From assembly GCA_003645535.1 (NCBI GenBank), contig QNFP01000001.1:1-54882 (forward strand): a DNA stretch of 54,882 bases, in the 5' to 3' direction. Source of the DNA: Gammaproteobacteria bacterium. Its GTDB lineage: Bacteria > Pseudomonadota > Gammaproteobacteria > Pseudomonadales > Porticoccaceae. Below the pieces are notes generated by a model. It ran no database searches. It was not told the DNA's origin and saw only the letters and a program-made list of their open reading frames with translations. The position numbers and the translations under genes were made by a program. Below are positions 40,446 through 50,464 of this stretch, one piece after another. Positions within the stretch are counted from its first letter, which is position 1; every line of letters begins with the position of its first letter.

Positions 40446-40811
40446 ATGACTAAAGTACTAATTGTTGACGACTCTCCCACAGAAGTTCACAAACTGTCTC
40501 ATACGCTAAATAAACATGGGTACACCGTGTTCTCCTGTGAGACAGCTGAAGAAGGGTTAAAAGCCGTAAAGCGTGAACAGCCGGACGTTGTCTTAATGGA
40601 TATTGTAATGCCCGGGCTCAACGGATTTCAGGCGACCCGACAGATCAGCAAAGACCAGGAAACCCGGCATATCCCTGTGATTATTATAACCATGAAGGAC
40701 CAGGAAACCGACAAGGTGTGGGCTGAGCGGCAGGGAGCAAAGGCTTTTCTGACTAAGCCAGTGTCCGATAAACAGCTGTTAGATACCATCGCACAGGTGT
40801 CGGTAAGCTAA
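40446..40811 (+). CDS. pilH: Twitching-motility response regulator PilH (CheY-like)
   Basis: MTKVLIVDDSPTE..., DVVLMDIVMPGLNGFQ, LTKP. 121 aa, single receiver domain. Confidence 0.9.
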   Translation: MTKVLIVDDSPTEVHKLSHTLNKHGYTVFSCETAEEGLKAVKREQPDVVLMDIVMPGLNGFQATRQISKDQETRHIPVIIITMKDQETDKVWAERQGAKAFLTKPVSDKQLLDTIAQVSVS

Positions 40812-40827
40812 TGGGATTACTATTTCC

Positions 40828-41370
40828 ATGCCGGTAGACGATACGGTTTTTGAAGTTGTTCAAGGCTTTGCGGACAGGTTTAACCGCGATTCAAAAGCCT
40901 TGCCGGCACAAACAAGTTTTACACCCGTTACGGCGGTGCTGTGCTTTACGACGCTGGGTGTTGAGCTCGCGATCCACCTCGAAGAATTAGCAGAGATGCT
41001 CGAAGTACCCGATTATACGCGTTTGCCCAAAGTGAAACCCTGGGTGCTTGGGGTCGCCAGCGTCAGAGGTAAATTGCTGCCTGTTATCGACTTCGCCCAA
41101 TATTTGGGTGGAGAGTCGAGTGCTACACCAAAATCACAACGCGTGTTGGTAATCGACGAGCAGGGAATATACGTTGGTTTACTGGTCGACCGTGTTTCTG
41201 GTGTACGCCATTTCGACACAGAGAAGTTTAGCAGTGACCCGGCCGATATGACCAGTGCGCTTAAGCACTATGTGGCAGGTTGCTTTGCAGATGACGATGG
41301 CAAAATAAAACACTTGTTCAGGCCAGCACTACTTGTCACAGATAAATCCTTTCAGGATGTGGTCATTTGA
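40828..41370 (+). CDS. pilI: CheW-like coupling protein PilI
   Basis: CheW fold hallmarks (...VLGVASVRGKLLPVIDFAQYLG...). Position between pilH and pilJ. Confidence 0.85.
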   Translation: MPVDDTVFEVVQGFADRFNRDSKALPAQTSFTPVTAVLCFTTLGVELAIHLEELAEMLEVPDYTRLPKVKPWVLGVASVRGKLLPVIDFAQYLGGESSATPKSQRVLVIDEQGIYVGLLVDRVSGVRHFDTEKFSSDPADMTSALKHYVAGCFADDDGKIKHLFRPALLVTDKSFQDVVI

Positions 41371-41424
41371 TCGCGAGCATATCCAAAGGAAACACCCGGA
41401 AGGTAAAGCCAGGAGTTTAAAGCG

Positions 41425-43863
41425 ATGAATATAACTGTCAGAAGATCAAATATTAGCCCCCTGGTAATTGCACTTGTAGCAGTTATGGCGGTATTAGTGG
41501 GCTATTTGGGTTTTGCTTTTTTCAGCAATACCGGGCAGCTTGGTAGTAGCCGCGCCAATATCCAGTCGGTCAGTCAAATGCGCATACTGGCGACACAGCT
41601 CCCAGGACTTTCGGCGCGAGCGGGAAAAGGGGACGAGAGCGCATTTGTAGAACTAGGCGCACTCAAAGAAGAAATGGGGGAGCACTGGAGTGGCTTGCAG
41701 GACGCTCTCAGCGAAGGTGGCGATAAAAGCATTATAGGAGGATTTGCTGCCGTTTGGCATGACGCCGAAGGATCTATCACTACACTCGACGAAACCAGCG
41801 AGACAGTTTTATTTGTCAATAATGTCAAAACAAGATTTAGCAAAAATCACTCACAGCTGCAACAGAAGCTGACGACGGTTGTTGAAGCATTACTGACCAG
41901 TGGAAGCACGGCAGATCAGGTGGTGCTTGCCCAGGCGCAGTTATGGCGTCTTGAGCGCATTCGCAGTGAAATCGACCAATTACTCGCCGGCGAAAGTACG
42001 GCTGTAACAGCAGCCAAACAGTTCGATCGCGACTCAAAGTTGTTTGTCAGTGTGCTGAACGGATTCAAAAACGGTAATCCAGCGCTCGAAATTAGCCAAA
42101 TAACTGCACCAGCAACGCGGACAACGCTTAATGACATTGCTCAATTGTTTAGTGTTGTCAGCGGTTCGGCGACCGAAGTCGCTGCTTCTGGTCCCATGCT
42201 GGTTAAAATGGGTCGCGCTCGAGATGCCCTGTGGAGTGGATCGCCGGCACTGTTGGAGCAGGCAGCCAGGCTGGATGACTATGTTCGCGCACTCAGCTCA
42301 CTGGGCAAGCTCAACGGTGCCCAACTTGCCAACTACGCAGGTATTTTTCTAATTATTGGCGTCACGCTTATTGGCCTCGTCTTTTATTTGGGAGCGCGTA
42401 GCCGGCTGCAGAAAACAGCGGAGACAAACCAGGCTAATCAGGATGCCATTTTACAGTTACTTGATGAGATCGAAGGACTTGGCGAGGGCGACTTAACCGC
42501 TGAAGTAACGGTCACAGAAGGGTTTACCGGGGCGATAGCAGATGCGATCAATCTGACTATCGTTCAGCTGAGAGAGTTGGTGTCGCGTATTGTTGATACC
42601 TCCGAGAAAGTATCAGGATCAGCAAACGAAACTCGTTCAACGGTTGTGCAGTTGAGCGGACTGTCTGAACACCAGGCTGAAGAAATCGCCGGCGCTTCAG
42701 CGGCAATTAACGAGATGGCAATTACTATTGACCAGGTGTCGGCCAATGCTGCGGAGTCAGCAGCTGTTGCCGACCGCTCGGTATCTATTGCCAACAAGGG
42801 AGCGGTTGTGGTGCGCCGCACGATTGTGGGTATGGACAGTATCCGCGAGCAAATTCAGGATACCGCAAAACGTATAAAACGACTGGGAGAAAGCTCTCAG
42901 GAAATTGGTGATATTGTATCCCTGATTAATGACATTGCCGACCAGACCAATATCCTCGCTCTCAATGCAGCTATTCAGGCTTCGATGGCTGGAGATGCCG
43001 GGCGCGGTTTTGCAGTGGTCGCCGATGAAGTACAAAGACTGGCGGAACGTTCAGCCAATGCAACGAAGCAAATCGCGGCACTGGTTAAAACAATTCAGAC
43101 GGACACCAAAGAAGCTGTGTCTTCGATGGAGCAAACCACCGCCGAAGTGGTTTCCGGAGCATCGTTGACCGAAGATGCTGGAATAGCGCTCAGTGAAATC
43201 GAAAGTGTATCTACCAGTTTGGCGGAGTTGATTCAGGACATTTCAACCGCTGCAAGGCATCAATCGACAACGGCTAGCCATATCTCAAAAACCATGAATG
43301 TCATCCAGGACATCACCACACAGGCGCTGGATGGTACTAACCGAACAGCAACTTCGGTAGGTGAATTGGCAGACATGGCTATTGAACAGCGTGAATCGGT
43401 TTCTGGATTCAAGCTACCTGACCAGGGTTTCCCTCAGCACCCGTTAAAAAGTGTTCCGTTTGCGTCGACCACTAAAACGGATCACAGCACATGGCTGGAT
43501 AAAAGTGTTTCGGAAGCCGGCACCGAACTAAGCGAACCGGAAACCCCAGCAGGGGATGCGGGTGCGGCGCTAGTAATGGAAGAGCCATTCGCCGATCGGA
43601 CTCCGGCCCATATTAAACAGACCCTGGAAGAAAATAGTGCGGCAATGGATGAAATTGACTTCCAGTCAACAGACTTCGAACCAGCGGACTTTGAGCCAAC
43701 GACGGAATCAACGGATACATCGGATGAAGATACGGCCGGGCTGGATGCAGCGCCGAAAGCGATGAAAACACCGTTTGCCGCAGAACTAGAGGCTGAGCTG
43801 GCGAGTATAGACCTCGATGAATTTGATCTCGAGCCAGATAGCCCAGTGAAAAACCAGTCTTAA
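41425..43863 (+). CDS. pilJ: Methyl-accepting chemotaxis protein PilJ, with a long acidic C-terminal extension
   Basis: N-terminal TM, periplasmic domain, second TM (IFLIIGVTLIGLVFYLG) and HAMP. Highly conserved signalling hairpin (IADQTNILALNAAIQASMAGDAGRGFAVVADEVQRLAERS). About 147 aa extra after ...GFKLP. Confidence 0.92.
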   Translation: MNITVRRSNISPLVIALVAVMAVLVGYLGFAFFSNTGQLGSSRANIQSVSQMRILATQLPGLSARAGKGDESAFVELGALKEEMGEHWSGLQDALSEGGDKSIIGGFAAVWHDAEGSITTLDETSETVLFVNNVKTRFSKNHSQLQQKLTTVVEALLTSGSTADQVVLAQAQLWRLERIRSEIDQLLAGESTAVTAAKQFDRDSKLFVSVLNGFKNGNPALEISQITAPATRTTLNDIAQLFSVVSGSATEVAASGPMLVKMGRARDALWSGSPALLEQAARLDDYVRALSSLGKLNGAQLANYAGIFLIIGVTLIGLVFYLGARSRLQKTAETNQANQDAILQLLDEIEGLGEGDLTAEVTVTEGFTGAIADAINLTIVQLRELVSRIVDTSEKVSGSANETRSTVVQLSGLSEHQAEEIAGASAAINEMAITIDQVSANAAESAAVADRSVSIANKGAVVVRRTIVGMDSIREQIQDTAKRIKRLGESSQEIGDIVSLINDIADQTNILALNAAIQASMAGDAGRGFAVVADEVQRLAERSANATKQIAALVKTIQTDTKEAVSSMEQTTAEVVSGASLTEDAGIALSEIESVSTSLAELIQDISTAARHQSTTASHISKTMNVIQDITTQALDGTNRTATSVGELADMAIEQRESVSGFKLPDQGFPQHPLKSVPFASTTKTDHSTWLDKSVSEAGTELSEPETPAGDAGAALVMEEPFADRTPAHIKQTLEENSAAMDEIDFQSTDFEPADFEPTTESTDTSDEDTAGLDAAPKAMKTPFAAELEAELASIDLDEFDLEPDSPVKNQS

Positions 43864-43879
43864 GTGCAGAGATAATACG

Positions 43880-44755
43880 ATGCCGCTAGCAACCGGGCAG
43901 TTAATACAAAATCCACCCCCAGATCAGACGATATTAAGTAGTCGGCAATATCGGTTGTGGGAGGACATGCTCGAAAATCGCACTGGTGTACGCATCAAGG
44001 TACAACGGGAAGAGTATGTCCGCACTGAAATTGCGAAACGCATGGCGGAGTGTGGATGGGCAGATGCCGACAGCTATTTTCGGGAAGTATTAGAAACCCT
44101 CAATGGCCCTCGCGAATGGAGCATTTTGCTGGATCGTTTGCTGGTCAAGGACACACGGTTTTTTCGCCACCAGCCTTCCCATGATTATGTGCGCGACCGC
44201 ATAGCGACCAGGGCTGCAGCCGATCCTGCACAAACTTTTAATATCTGGAGTGCCGGGTGCGCTAGTGGCGAGGAATCCTATAGCCTGGCACTGGATGCGA
44301 GTGAGGGTTTTACAATGGCAGGGCAAGCCGACAATTATTATATTGTCGGCACCGATGTCAGCGGTGATGCGATAGCAACCGCACGCAAAGGCATTTATTC
44401 CAGCAGTCGTATTGATAATTTGTCTTTGCCACTGAAACAAAAATATTTTTCAGTTGTTAATGAGCAACGCCAGCAAATAATAAAGCCGGTCAGACAGCGG
44501 GTAGCGTTTTTAATACTCAATCTGCTGGAACAACAGGAACAGTATCACCATCAAATGGATTTGATTTTCTGTCAAAACGTGCTGATTTATTTCAAACAGT
44601 GGCGACGCCGGGATATTGTTAATATTTTTGAAGCTTGTTTAAAGCCCGGTGGTTGTTTGATTATTGGTCCGGGAGAGCTGACTGATTGGGAGTCTGAAAA
44701 CATGACACGAATAGACAGGTCAGGTATTCAGGCCTACGAAAAAGTAATGGTATAA
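43880..44755 (+). CDS. pilK: CheR-like chemoreceptor methyltransferase PilK
   Basis: TRFFRH, IWSAGCASGEE.YSLA, FCQNVLIYF. Confidence 0.88.
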   Translation: MPLATGQLIQNPPPDQTILSSRQYRLWEDMLENRTGVRIKVQREEYVRTEIAKRMAECGWADADSYFREVLETLNGPREWSILLDRLLVKDTRFFRHQPSHDYVRDRIATRAAADPAQTFNIWSAGCASGEESYSLALDASEGFTMAGQADNYYIVGTDVSGDAIATARKGIYSSSRIDNLSLPLKQKYFSVVNEQRQQIIKPVRQRVAFLILNLLEQQEQYHHQMDLIFCQNVLIYFKQWRRRDIVNIFEACLKPGGCLIIGPGELTDWESENMTRIDRSGIQAYEKVMV

Positions 44756-44776
44756 CGTGGTCAGGCGGTACTGACA

Positions 44777-47700
44777 GTGGATTCAAATCAGAATATTCAG
44801 GGGTTGGAGTGGCTCGGCAGTGAGGTCGATGCGAGCCTGGTAGAGGCTTGTGAGGCCCTGAACGGCTATGCCAGTAATGACAGCGAGGATAATCAACTCA
44901 GGTTTTGCCTTGCTTACATCCATCAGGTTACTGGATCGCTGAAAATAGCCGAATGTCATGGCGGCGCCTTGCTCAGCGAAGAAGTAGAAGCTGTCATCAA
45001 CGCTCTGCTGCTTGGTAAGGTATCGGCCAGTCATGAGACCATTGATGTGCTCAACCGGGCCATGATTGCAATGCCCAGTTATCTCCGCGAGTGCATTGCC
45101 AGCCGTTTTGACCAGCCTGCGGTGTTATTAACACTGCTAAATGACTTACGGGCAACAAGAAACAAACCACTTGCTTCAAATTGCCAATTCTTCAACCCCA
45201 ACATAATCGCACTTACCACTCTGCCCACAAGCTCTGGCATTGCTCTTGCTGAAGAACAGCCACTACAGGGATTAATTAGTAAATTAAGACAGTTATACCA
45301 ATATTCGCTGCTAGCTTTTGTTAAAGGCGAGGATGAAGCGAATAACCTGAAAAAGCTCACCAAGGTGTTCCATCGTTTAGCAGAAGTTTGCCACGGGCAT
45401 CAACTGGAGCAACTATGGCTGGTAGCAGCGGCGATACCTGAAGGTATCGAAGCAGATGCCCTGGCAAGAGGAGCTGCAATTAATAGCTTACTCTGGGAAC
45501 TAGAAGCCTTTATTCGCAAACTATCTAATGACGGCATTACCTCTTTCGACGATAACTTCCCTTACGGCTTATTCAAAAATTTACTCTACTACATTACTGT
45601 TGCCGAGCCGGTAAGCTCTTCTCGGCTGGCCGCTATCCAACAGAAGTTCAAACTCGACGAAGCACTGCCAACAGGTGTGCTGGCTCATATAGATAATGGT
45701 CTTACTCCCAGTTATGACCTGGAGGTTGTGCAATCGCTGGCTAGCTCCTTAAGAGAAGAACTTGATAGCGTGAAAGCTAACATCACCTCAATTGCTGATG
45801 GGAAATGTGAGCCAGAACCCGTGGCAGCTATCATTACTCCCGCCATCACCCGAATTGCCGACACTTTGGCCATGGTTGGTCAGTCAAGTTTGCGACGCCT
45901 TGTCAATGAACTCGCCGAGCAACTCTACGCCATTTTATGCACAGGCGATAAACCCGAAAAGAACCAGCTCTTTATCATCACCAGCCGTCTGACTGATATC
46001 GGAACCGCTCTGCATACATGGGCAGCTGACTATCAACAGGGTGTAGTCATTAAAGATGACGTTGCTGAAAGCGCATATTTAATGACTGAAGCCCAACAAT
46101 CACTGGTTCGAGAGGTACGCAATAATCTTGAAGCTGTTAAAGAGGCTGTTGTCCGTTACATTTCGTCGCAATGGGATACAAATTTTTTGCAGGATGTCCC
46201 CACGCTAACCGAGGATATCCAGGGAGCTATAGCTGTTGTCGGCCTGCCGGGCCCCGCGCGGATTATGGGTGCACTGGGAGATTATATTGGTAATGAGCTG
46301 ATCAAAGCTCCGACACCACCCGGTTGGGACAAGCTCGATGCACTGGCCGATGCAATTACTGGTGTTGATTGTTTTCTAGAGGCTATTAGTGGCAATAGCC
46401 GTGTCGACCAACAGAACCTGCTTGATATCGCCGAAGCAGCGCTGTCAAAACTGGGGACTATGGAGGGTGGCGCAGCGGCTTCTGCTGACATGGAGAAACA
46501 TCAGCGAACTCCGGATGATCTACAGGTGGCAGAGGCACCCAAATTGAACGTTGCCACTGAAGAGAGAGCAGCGCTCGAAAGCCCGCGACAGCAACCGGCC
46601 GCAGCACTAAAAAGTATTTCCGCAATGCCGGATAAACCAGAAGTTGGTGACGAGGAAGATGACGATTTTGATGAAGAAATAGCTGAAATTTTTGTTGAAG
46701 AGGCCCGGGAAATACTGCAAAGCCTTGGGGAAACCTACCCGCTTTGGCTGGCAAACCGCAAGGATAGTAATGCATTAGCCGACACGCGAAGAAGCTTCCA
46801 TTCCTTAAAAGGCAGTGGCCGTATGGTCAACGCAAGCCATATCGGCGAACTCGGCTTTGCTATAGAAAATCTGTTTAACAAAGTCATCGAAAGCAAATTG
46901 GTGTTCGATGATAAATGTGAGCAACTACTAAATACCGTACTTGAAATACTACCGGTTATGGTCAGTGACTTTGAAAGTAAACGGCAAAACGATAAGGGGG
47001 GGCTGGTTGGTGCATTAATGGCCACAGCTGAAGCACTTGTTAGTGGAGACCCAGTCAGCGAAGTACCCCAGGTATGCCCCGAAGAAAACGAAGAAGATGA
47101 GCTTGATACTGTACTTGTAAATATTTTTACTGAGGAAGCTCTGGATCACGTCAGCATCTTTGCCTGTTTTATAGATAATCTGAAAAACCCCTCTACAGAG
47201 GGGTTGTTAGGCGATACCGGGATAGCTAGATCAATTCATATGCTGATCGGTAGCGCCCACGTCGCTGGGATAAAGCCAGTGGCGGAACTGAGTGAAGCCC
47301 TGGACGCCTTAATCAAACCAATCCTGGATAGCGCTTTGCAGGTAGACAATGAATTAATTGCTTTACTGGAAGAAAGCGTAGCATGTCTTCGTGAATTAAT
47401 AGAAGCGCCCGGTAATATCGACGCTGCGAAGCAGGCTGCCAGCGATACTCTCCAGCAACGCCTGGCGAAGATCGGGGTAAGCAACCTTATAGTCACCCCG
47501 GAGGTACGCAATCGATTATTACTCAATAATCTGCTGGTTAGAGGCTTGCAGCGCTTGCTCGATGCGCCAAATATTTTACAGAACTGCCATGCACGAGCCA
47601 ATGATGAGCAGAATCAAGCCATAGTGGAGCTAGCAGGAGAATTAAGTGAGTTAGCCCAGGCTGCAACTGCCGCTCAATGTCAGGGCATAACAACATTAGC

Positions 47701-50464
47701 AAAACACTTTGGCAATGCTCTAAATGTCGGTGGAGATGCAGGGTGCAAATTCGATGAGCAGGCACTTGTGATACTCAACCAGGCCCACGAAAGCTTACTC
47801 GATATGATCGACAGGTTTGTCGCTGAACAACCCGTCAAGGAAGTATCAGCGCAACTCATCAGTGAGTTATCTATGCTCGCCGAGACGAGTATTCAGCATG
47901 AGCAAAATTCGGATGCAGCCGAGCCAGAAGCAGAAGAGGTAATGCCTGGCCCATCAGCATCTGCGGATGTTAATGGTCGATCTGCAAAAGAACCGCAGCA
48001 GGATATCGCCGCCGTAGCAGATAGTGATGATACAGATCACGAACTGGAAGAGGTGGATGCCGAAATCGTTGCTATATTTGTCGAAGAAGCGGCGGAGCTT
48101 CTTGAACAAATAGAGCAGGCCATTCAAGCCTGGCGTGAGAATGTAGATGATAACTCCTGCCACGAGAAGCTCATTCGCGAGCTACACACGCTAAAAGGTG
48201 GAGCAAGGACAGCTGGTTTTATGCGCCTTGGGGACTTAAGCCACAATTTAGAAACATTTATCGAAGATAACTGGGCCCCGGGAGGGAAGGTCGAGGGGTT
48301 TTTTGATGAGCTTTTAAAACGATACGATGAGTTGGTCGAATTGTTTGATCAGCTAAAGCTCAAGTCTGCTAACGAAAATGATATATCACCACTGCATGCG
48401 CCGGATCCGGCACCTTCCGAGGCAACGATAGAAAGGGATTCTCCTGATAAGCCTGGCGAGCCCGAGCCAGACGATGCTGCTCACCAGACAGGACGTCGAG
48501 TTGCGGCTGCCGCTCAGGTCATACCGTTTGGAACGCGCCCTGGGCTCGGCGAATTAGCTGCTCCTGGCGCCAGCCCGGCTCCCACTGAAGTGCATGAAAT
48601 GATCAAGGTTTCTGCAACAGCGATCGACAACCTGGTTAATTTAGTCGGTGAAACCAGTATTACGCGGGGTCGTATAGAACAGAAAATCAATGAATTTACC
48701 TTCTCTCTGGATGAGATGGAGTCCACTATTGTCCGCTTGCATAACCAGGTTCGCCGTATCGGCGTTGAAACAGAGGCGCAGATCCTTTTTCGGCGCGAGC
48801 AATTACGGTCGGCTGATGATAATGAGACTTTTGACCCATTAGAACTCGACCGATACTCTCAGCTACAGCACTTGTTCCGCGCTCTCCAGGAATCAGCTTC
48901 AGACTTACAGGAAGTAAAAGATACGCTCCTGAATAACGCAACATTTACCGAGAGGTTGCTGTTACAGCAATCTCAGGTGAGCATCGATTTGCAGGATAAC
49001 TTGATGTTGACCAGGATGGTGCCGTTTACCCGGCTTGTGCCCAGATTACGGCGCGTCGTTCGCCAGGTGAGCAATGAGCTGAATAAGCCGGTTGAATTGC
49101 AACTCCATAACATTGATGGAGAAATGGATCGAACGGTACTGGGTAAAATTATTAGCCCGCTAGAACATATGATCAGAAATGCGATTGATCATGGAATAGA
49201 GAGCCCCGCAGTAAGGAGTGAACAAGGGAAACCAGCGGAAGGTAACATTGCCCTGACTTTTGGCCGCGAGGGCGGAGAAATTATTATTCGCCTGACCGAT
49301 GATGGCAAAGGCATGGATATCGATGCAATAAGAAAACAGGCGGTGTCCGGCGGATTGATTACTGAAGCAACACAGATTAACGAAGAGGAACTTCTGCAAT
49401 TAATTTTTCTGCCTGGTTTTTCCACATCGGATACCATCAGCCATGTTTCCGGTCGTGGTGTTGGGCTCAATGTGGTCGCAAACGAAGTGCGCCAACTAGG
49501 TGGTTCTGTTGCTATTTCTTCAAAACCGGGATTAGGAACAGAGTTTGAGATCAGAGTGCCATTTAAAGTATCGATAAACTCTGCCTTGATGATTCGCAGC
49601 AATTCCGAACAATATGCTTTGCCTCTTAGTACGATTTTGGGAGTCGTTAAAGTGCCACCATCTGAATTGGCTGGGTGCTACGATACACCCGCTGAAAAAC
49701 TTCACTATGGGGGCATTGATTACCAGGTGTGTTTATTGAGCAGCCTACTAAATGAACATAGGGTGCAACCGGTGTTGCCAGTGGATGAAAAAATTGCACT
49801 GGTATTAGTGGCCGCGACTGAAAGTCGGCACTATGCAGTACAGGTAGATAGCCTGGCAGGAAGTCGGGAGATAGTAATCAAAGGTTTGGGGCCCTTATTT
49901 GGCGATCTGGTCGGGTTGTCGGGCGTCACGGTAACCGGAGATGGCAAGGTGGTATGTATTGTTGATTTGCCCGCTTTGTTACGCATTCAAGGGGAAGTGC
50001 ATTTGCTTGCTTCGAGTAGCCAGTTGAACTCCAGTAAAAAAGACATAGCTGGGCAGCTGACCGATTCAATAACGAGCGGAGAGTCTACTAAAAATGGCAT
50101 TAAAACAATTATGATAGTCGATGATTCTGTGACGGTGCGTAAGGTAGCTTCACGGTTTCTCGAACGGGAAGGGTTTAAAGTAGTTACTGCCAAAGATGGA
50201 ATCGATGCCGTTGATATGCTCAACGAAGTGGAGCCTGACCTGATGTTGCTGGACATAGAAATGCCGCGGATGGATGGATTTGATGTGGCGAAGATCGTAC
50301 GCAATGAGTCTGACATGAAGACGCTGCCTATTATTATGATCTCTTCACGATCCGGTGAGAAACACCGAAACAAAGCACTTGCTTATGGTGTAGATCACTT
50401 CCTCGGCAAACCCTATCAGGAAGATGAATTATTAACTCTTATCACAAATATCTTTGACGGGTAG
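44777..50464 (+). CDS. chpA: Hybrid CheA-like histidine kinase ChpA (multi-Hpt, kinase, CheW-like, receiver)
   Basis: 1895 aa, GTG start. Hpt-type His contexts at H49 (YIHQVTGS), H675 (FHSLKGSG), H821 (IHMLIGSA) and H1137 (LHTLKGGA). N-box HMIRNAIDHGIE, G-boxes DDGKGMD and GRGVGLNVV. CheW-like region, then C-terminal REC (IMIVDDS...LLDIEMPRMDG...GKP). Confidence 0.93.
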   Translation: MDSNQNIQGLEWLGSEVDASLVEACEALNGYASNDSEDNQLRFCLAYIHQVTGSLKIAECHGGALLSEEVEAVINALLLGKVSASHETIDVLNRAMIAMPSYLRECIASRFDQPAVLLTLLNDLRATRNKPLASNCQFFNPNIIALTTLPTSSGIALAEEQPLQGLISKLRQLYQYSLLAFVKGEDEANNLKKLTKVFHRLAEVCHGHQLEQLWLVAAAIPEGIEADALARGAAINSLLWELEAFIRKLSNDGITSFDDNFPYGLFKNLLYYITVAEPVSSSRLAAIQQKFKLDEALPTGVLAHIDNGLTPSYDLEVVQSLASSLREELDSVKANITSIADGKCEPEPVAAIITPAITRIADTLAMVGQSSLRRLVNELAEQLYAILCTGDKPEKNQLFIITSRLTDIGTALHTWAADYQQGVVIKDDVAESAYLMTEAQQSLVREVRNNLEAVKEAVVRYISSQWDTNFLQDVPTLTEDIQGAIAVVGLPGPARIMGALGDYIGNELIKAPTPPGWDKLDALADAITGVDCFLEAISGNSRVDQQNLLDIAEAALSKLGTMEGGAAASADMEKHQRTPDDLQVAEAPKLNVATEERAALESPRQQPAAALKSISAMPDKPEVGDEEDDDFDEEIAEIFVEEAREILQSLGETYPLWLANRKDSNALADTRRSFHSLKGSGRMVNASHIGELGFAIENLFNKVIESKLVFDDKCEQLLNTVLEILPVMVSDFESKRQNDKGGLVGALMATAEALVSGDPVSEVPQVCPEENEEDELDTVLVNIFTEEALDHVSIFACFIDNLKNPSTEGLLGDTGIARSIHMLIGSAHVAGIKPVAELSEALDALIKPILDSALQVDNELIALLEESVACLRELIEAPGNIDAAKQAASDTLQQRLAKIGVSNLIVTPEVRNRLLLNNLLVRGLQRLLDAPNILQNCHARANDEQNQAIVELAGELSELAQAATAAQCQGITTLAKHFGNALNVGGDAGCKFDEQALVILNQAHESLLDMIDRFVAEQPVKEVSAQLISELSMLAETSIQHEQNSDAAEPEAEEVMPGPSASADVNGRSAKEPQQDIAAVADSDDTDHELEEVDAEIVAIFVEEAAELLEQIEQAIQAWRENVDDNSCHEKLIRELHTLKGGARTAGFMRLGDLSHNLETFIEDNWAPGGKVEGFFDELLKRYDELVELFDQLKLKSANENDISPLHAPDPAPSEATIERDSPDKPGEPEPDDAAHQTGRRVAAAAQVIPFGTRPGLGELAAPGASPAPTEVHEMIKVSATAIDNLVNLVGETSITRGRIEQKINEFTFSLDEMESTIVRLHNQVRRIGVETEAQILFRREQLRSADDNETFDPLELDRYSQLQHLFRALQESASDLQEVKDTLLNNATFTERLLLQQSQVSIDLQDNLMLTRMVPFTRLVPRLRRVVRQVSNELNKPVELQLHNIDGEMDRTVLGKIISPLEHMIRNAIDHGIESPAVRSEQGKPAEGNIALTFGREGGEIIIRLTDDGKGMDIDAIRKQAVSGGLITEATQINEEELLQLIFLPGFSTSDTISHVSGRGVGLNVVANEVRQLGGSVAISSKPGLGTEFEIRVPFKVSINSALMIRSNSEQYALPLSTILGVVKVPPSELAGCYDTPAEKLHYGGIDYQVCLLSSLLNEHRVQPVLPVDEKIALVLVAATESRHYAVQVDSLAGSREIVIKGLGPLFGDLVGLSGVTVTGDGKVVCIVDLPALLRIQGEVHLLASSSQLNSSKKDIAGQLTDSITSGESTKNGIKTIMIVDDSVTVRKVASRFLEREGFKVVTAKDGIDAVDMLNEVEPDLMLLDIEMPRMDGFDVAKIVRNESDMKTLPIIMISSRSGEKHRNKALAYGVDHFLGKPYQEDELLTLITNIFDG

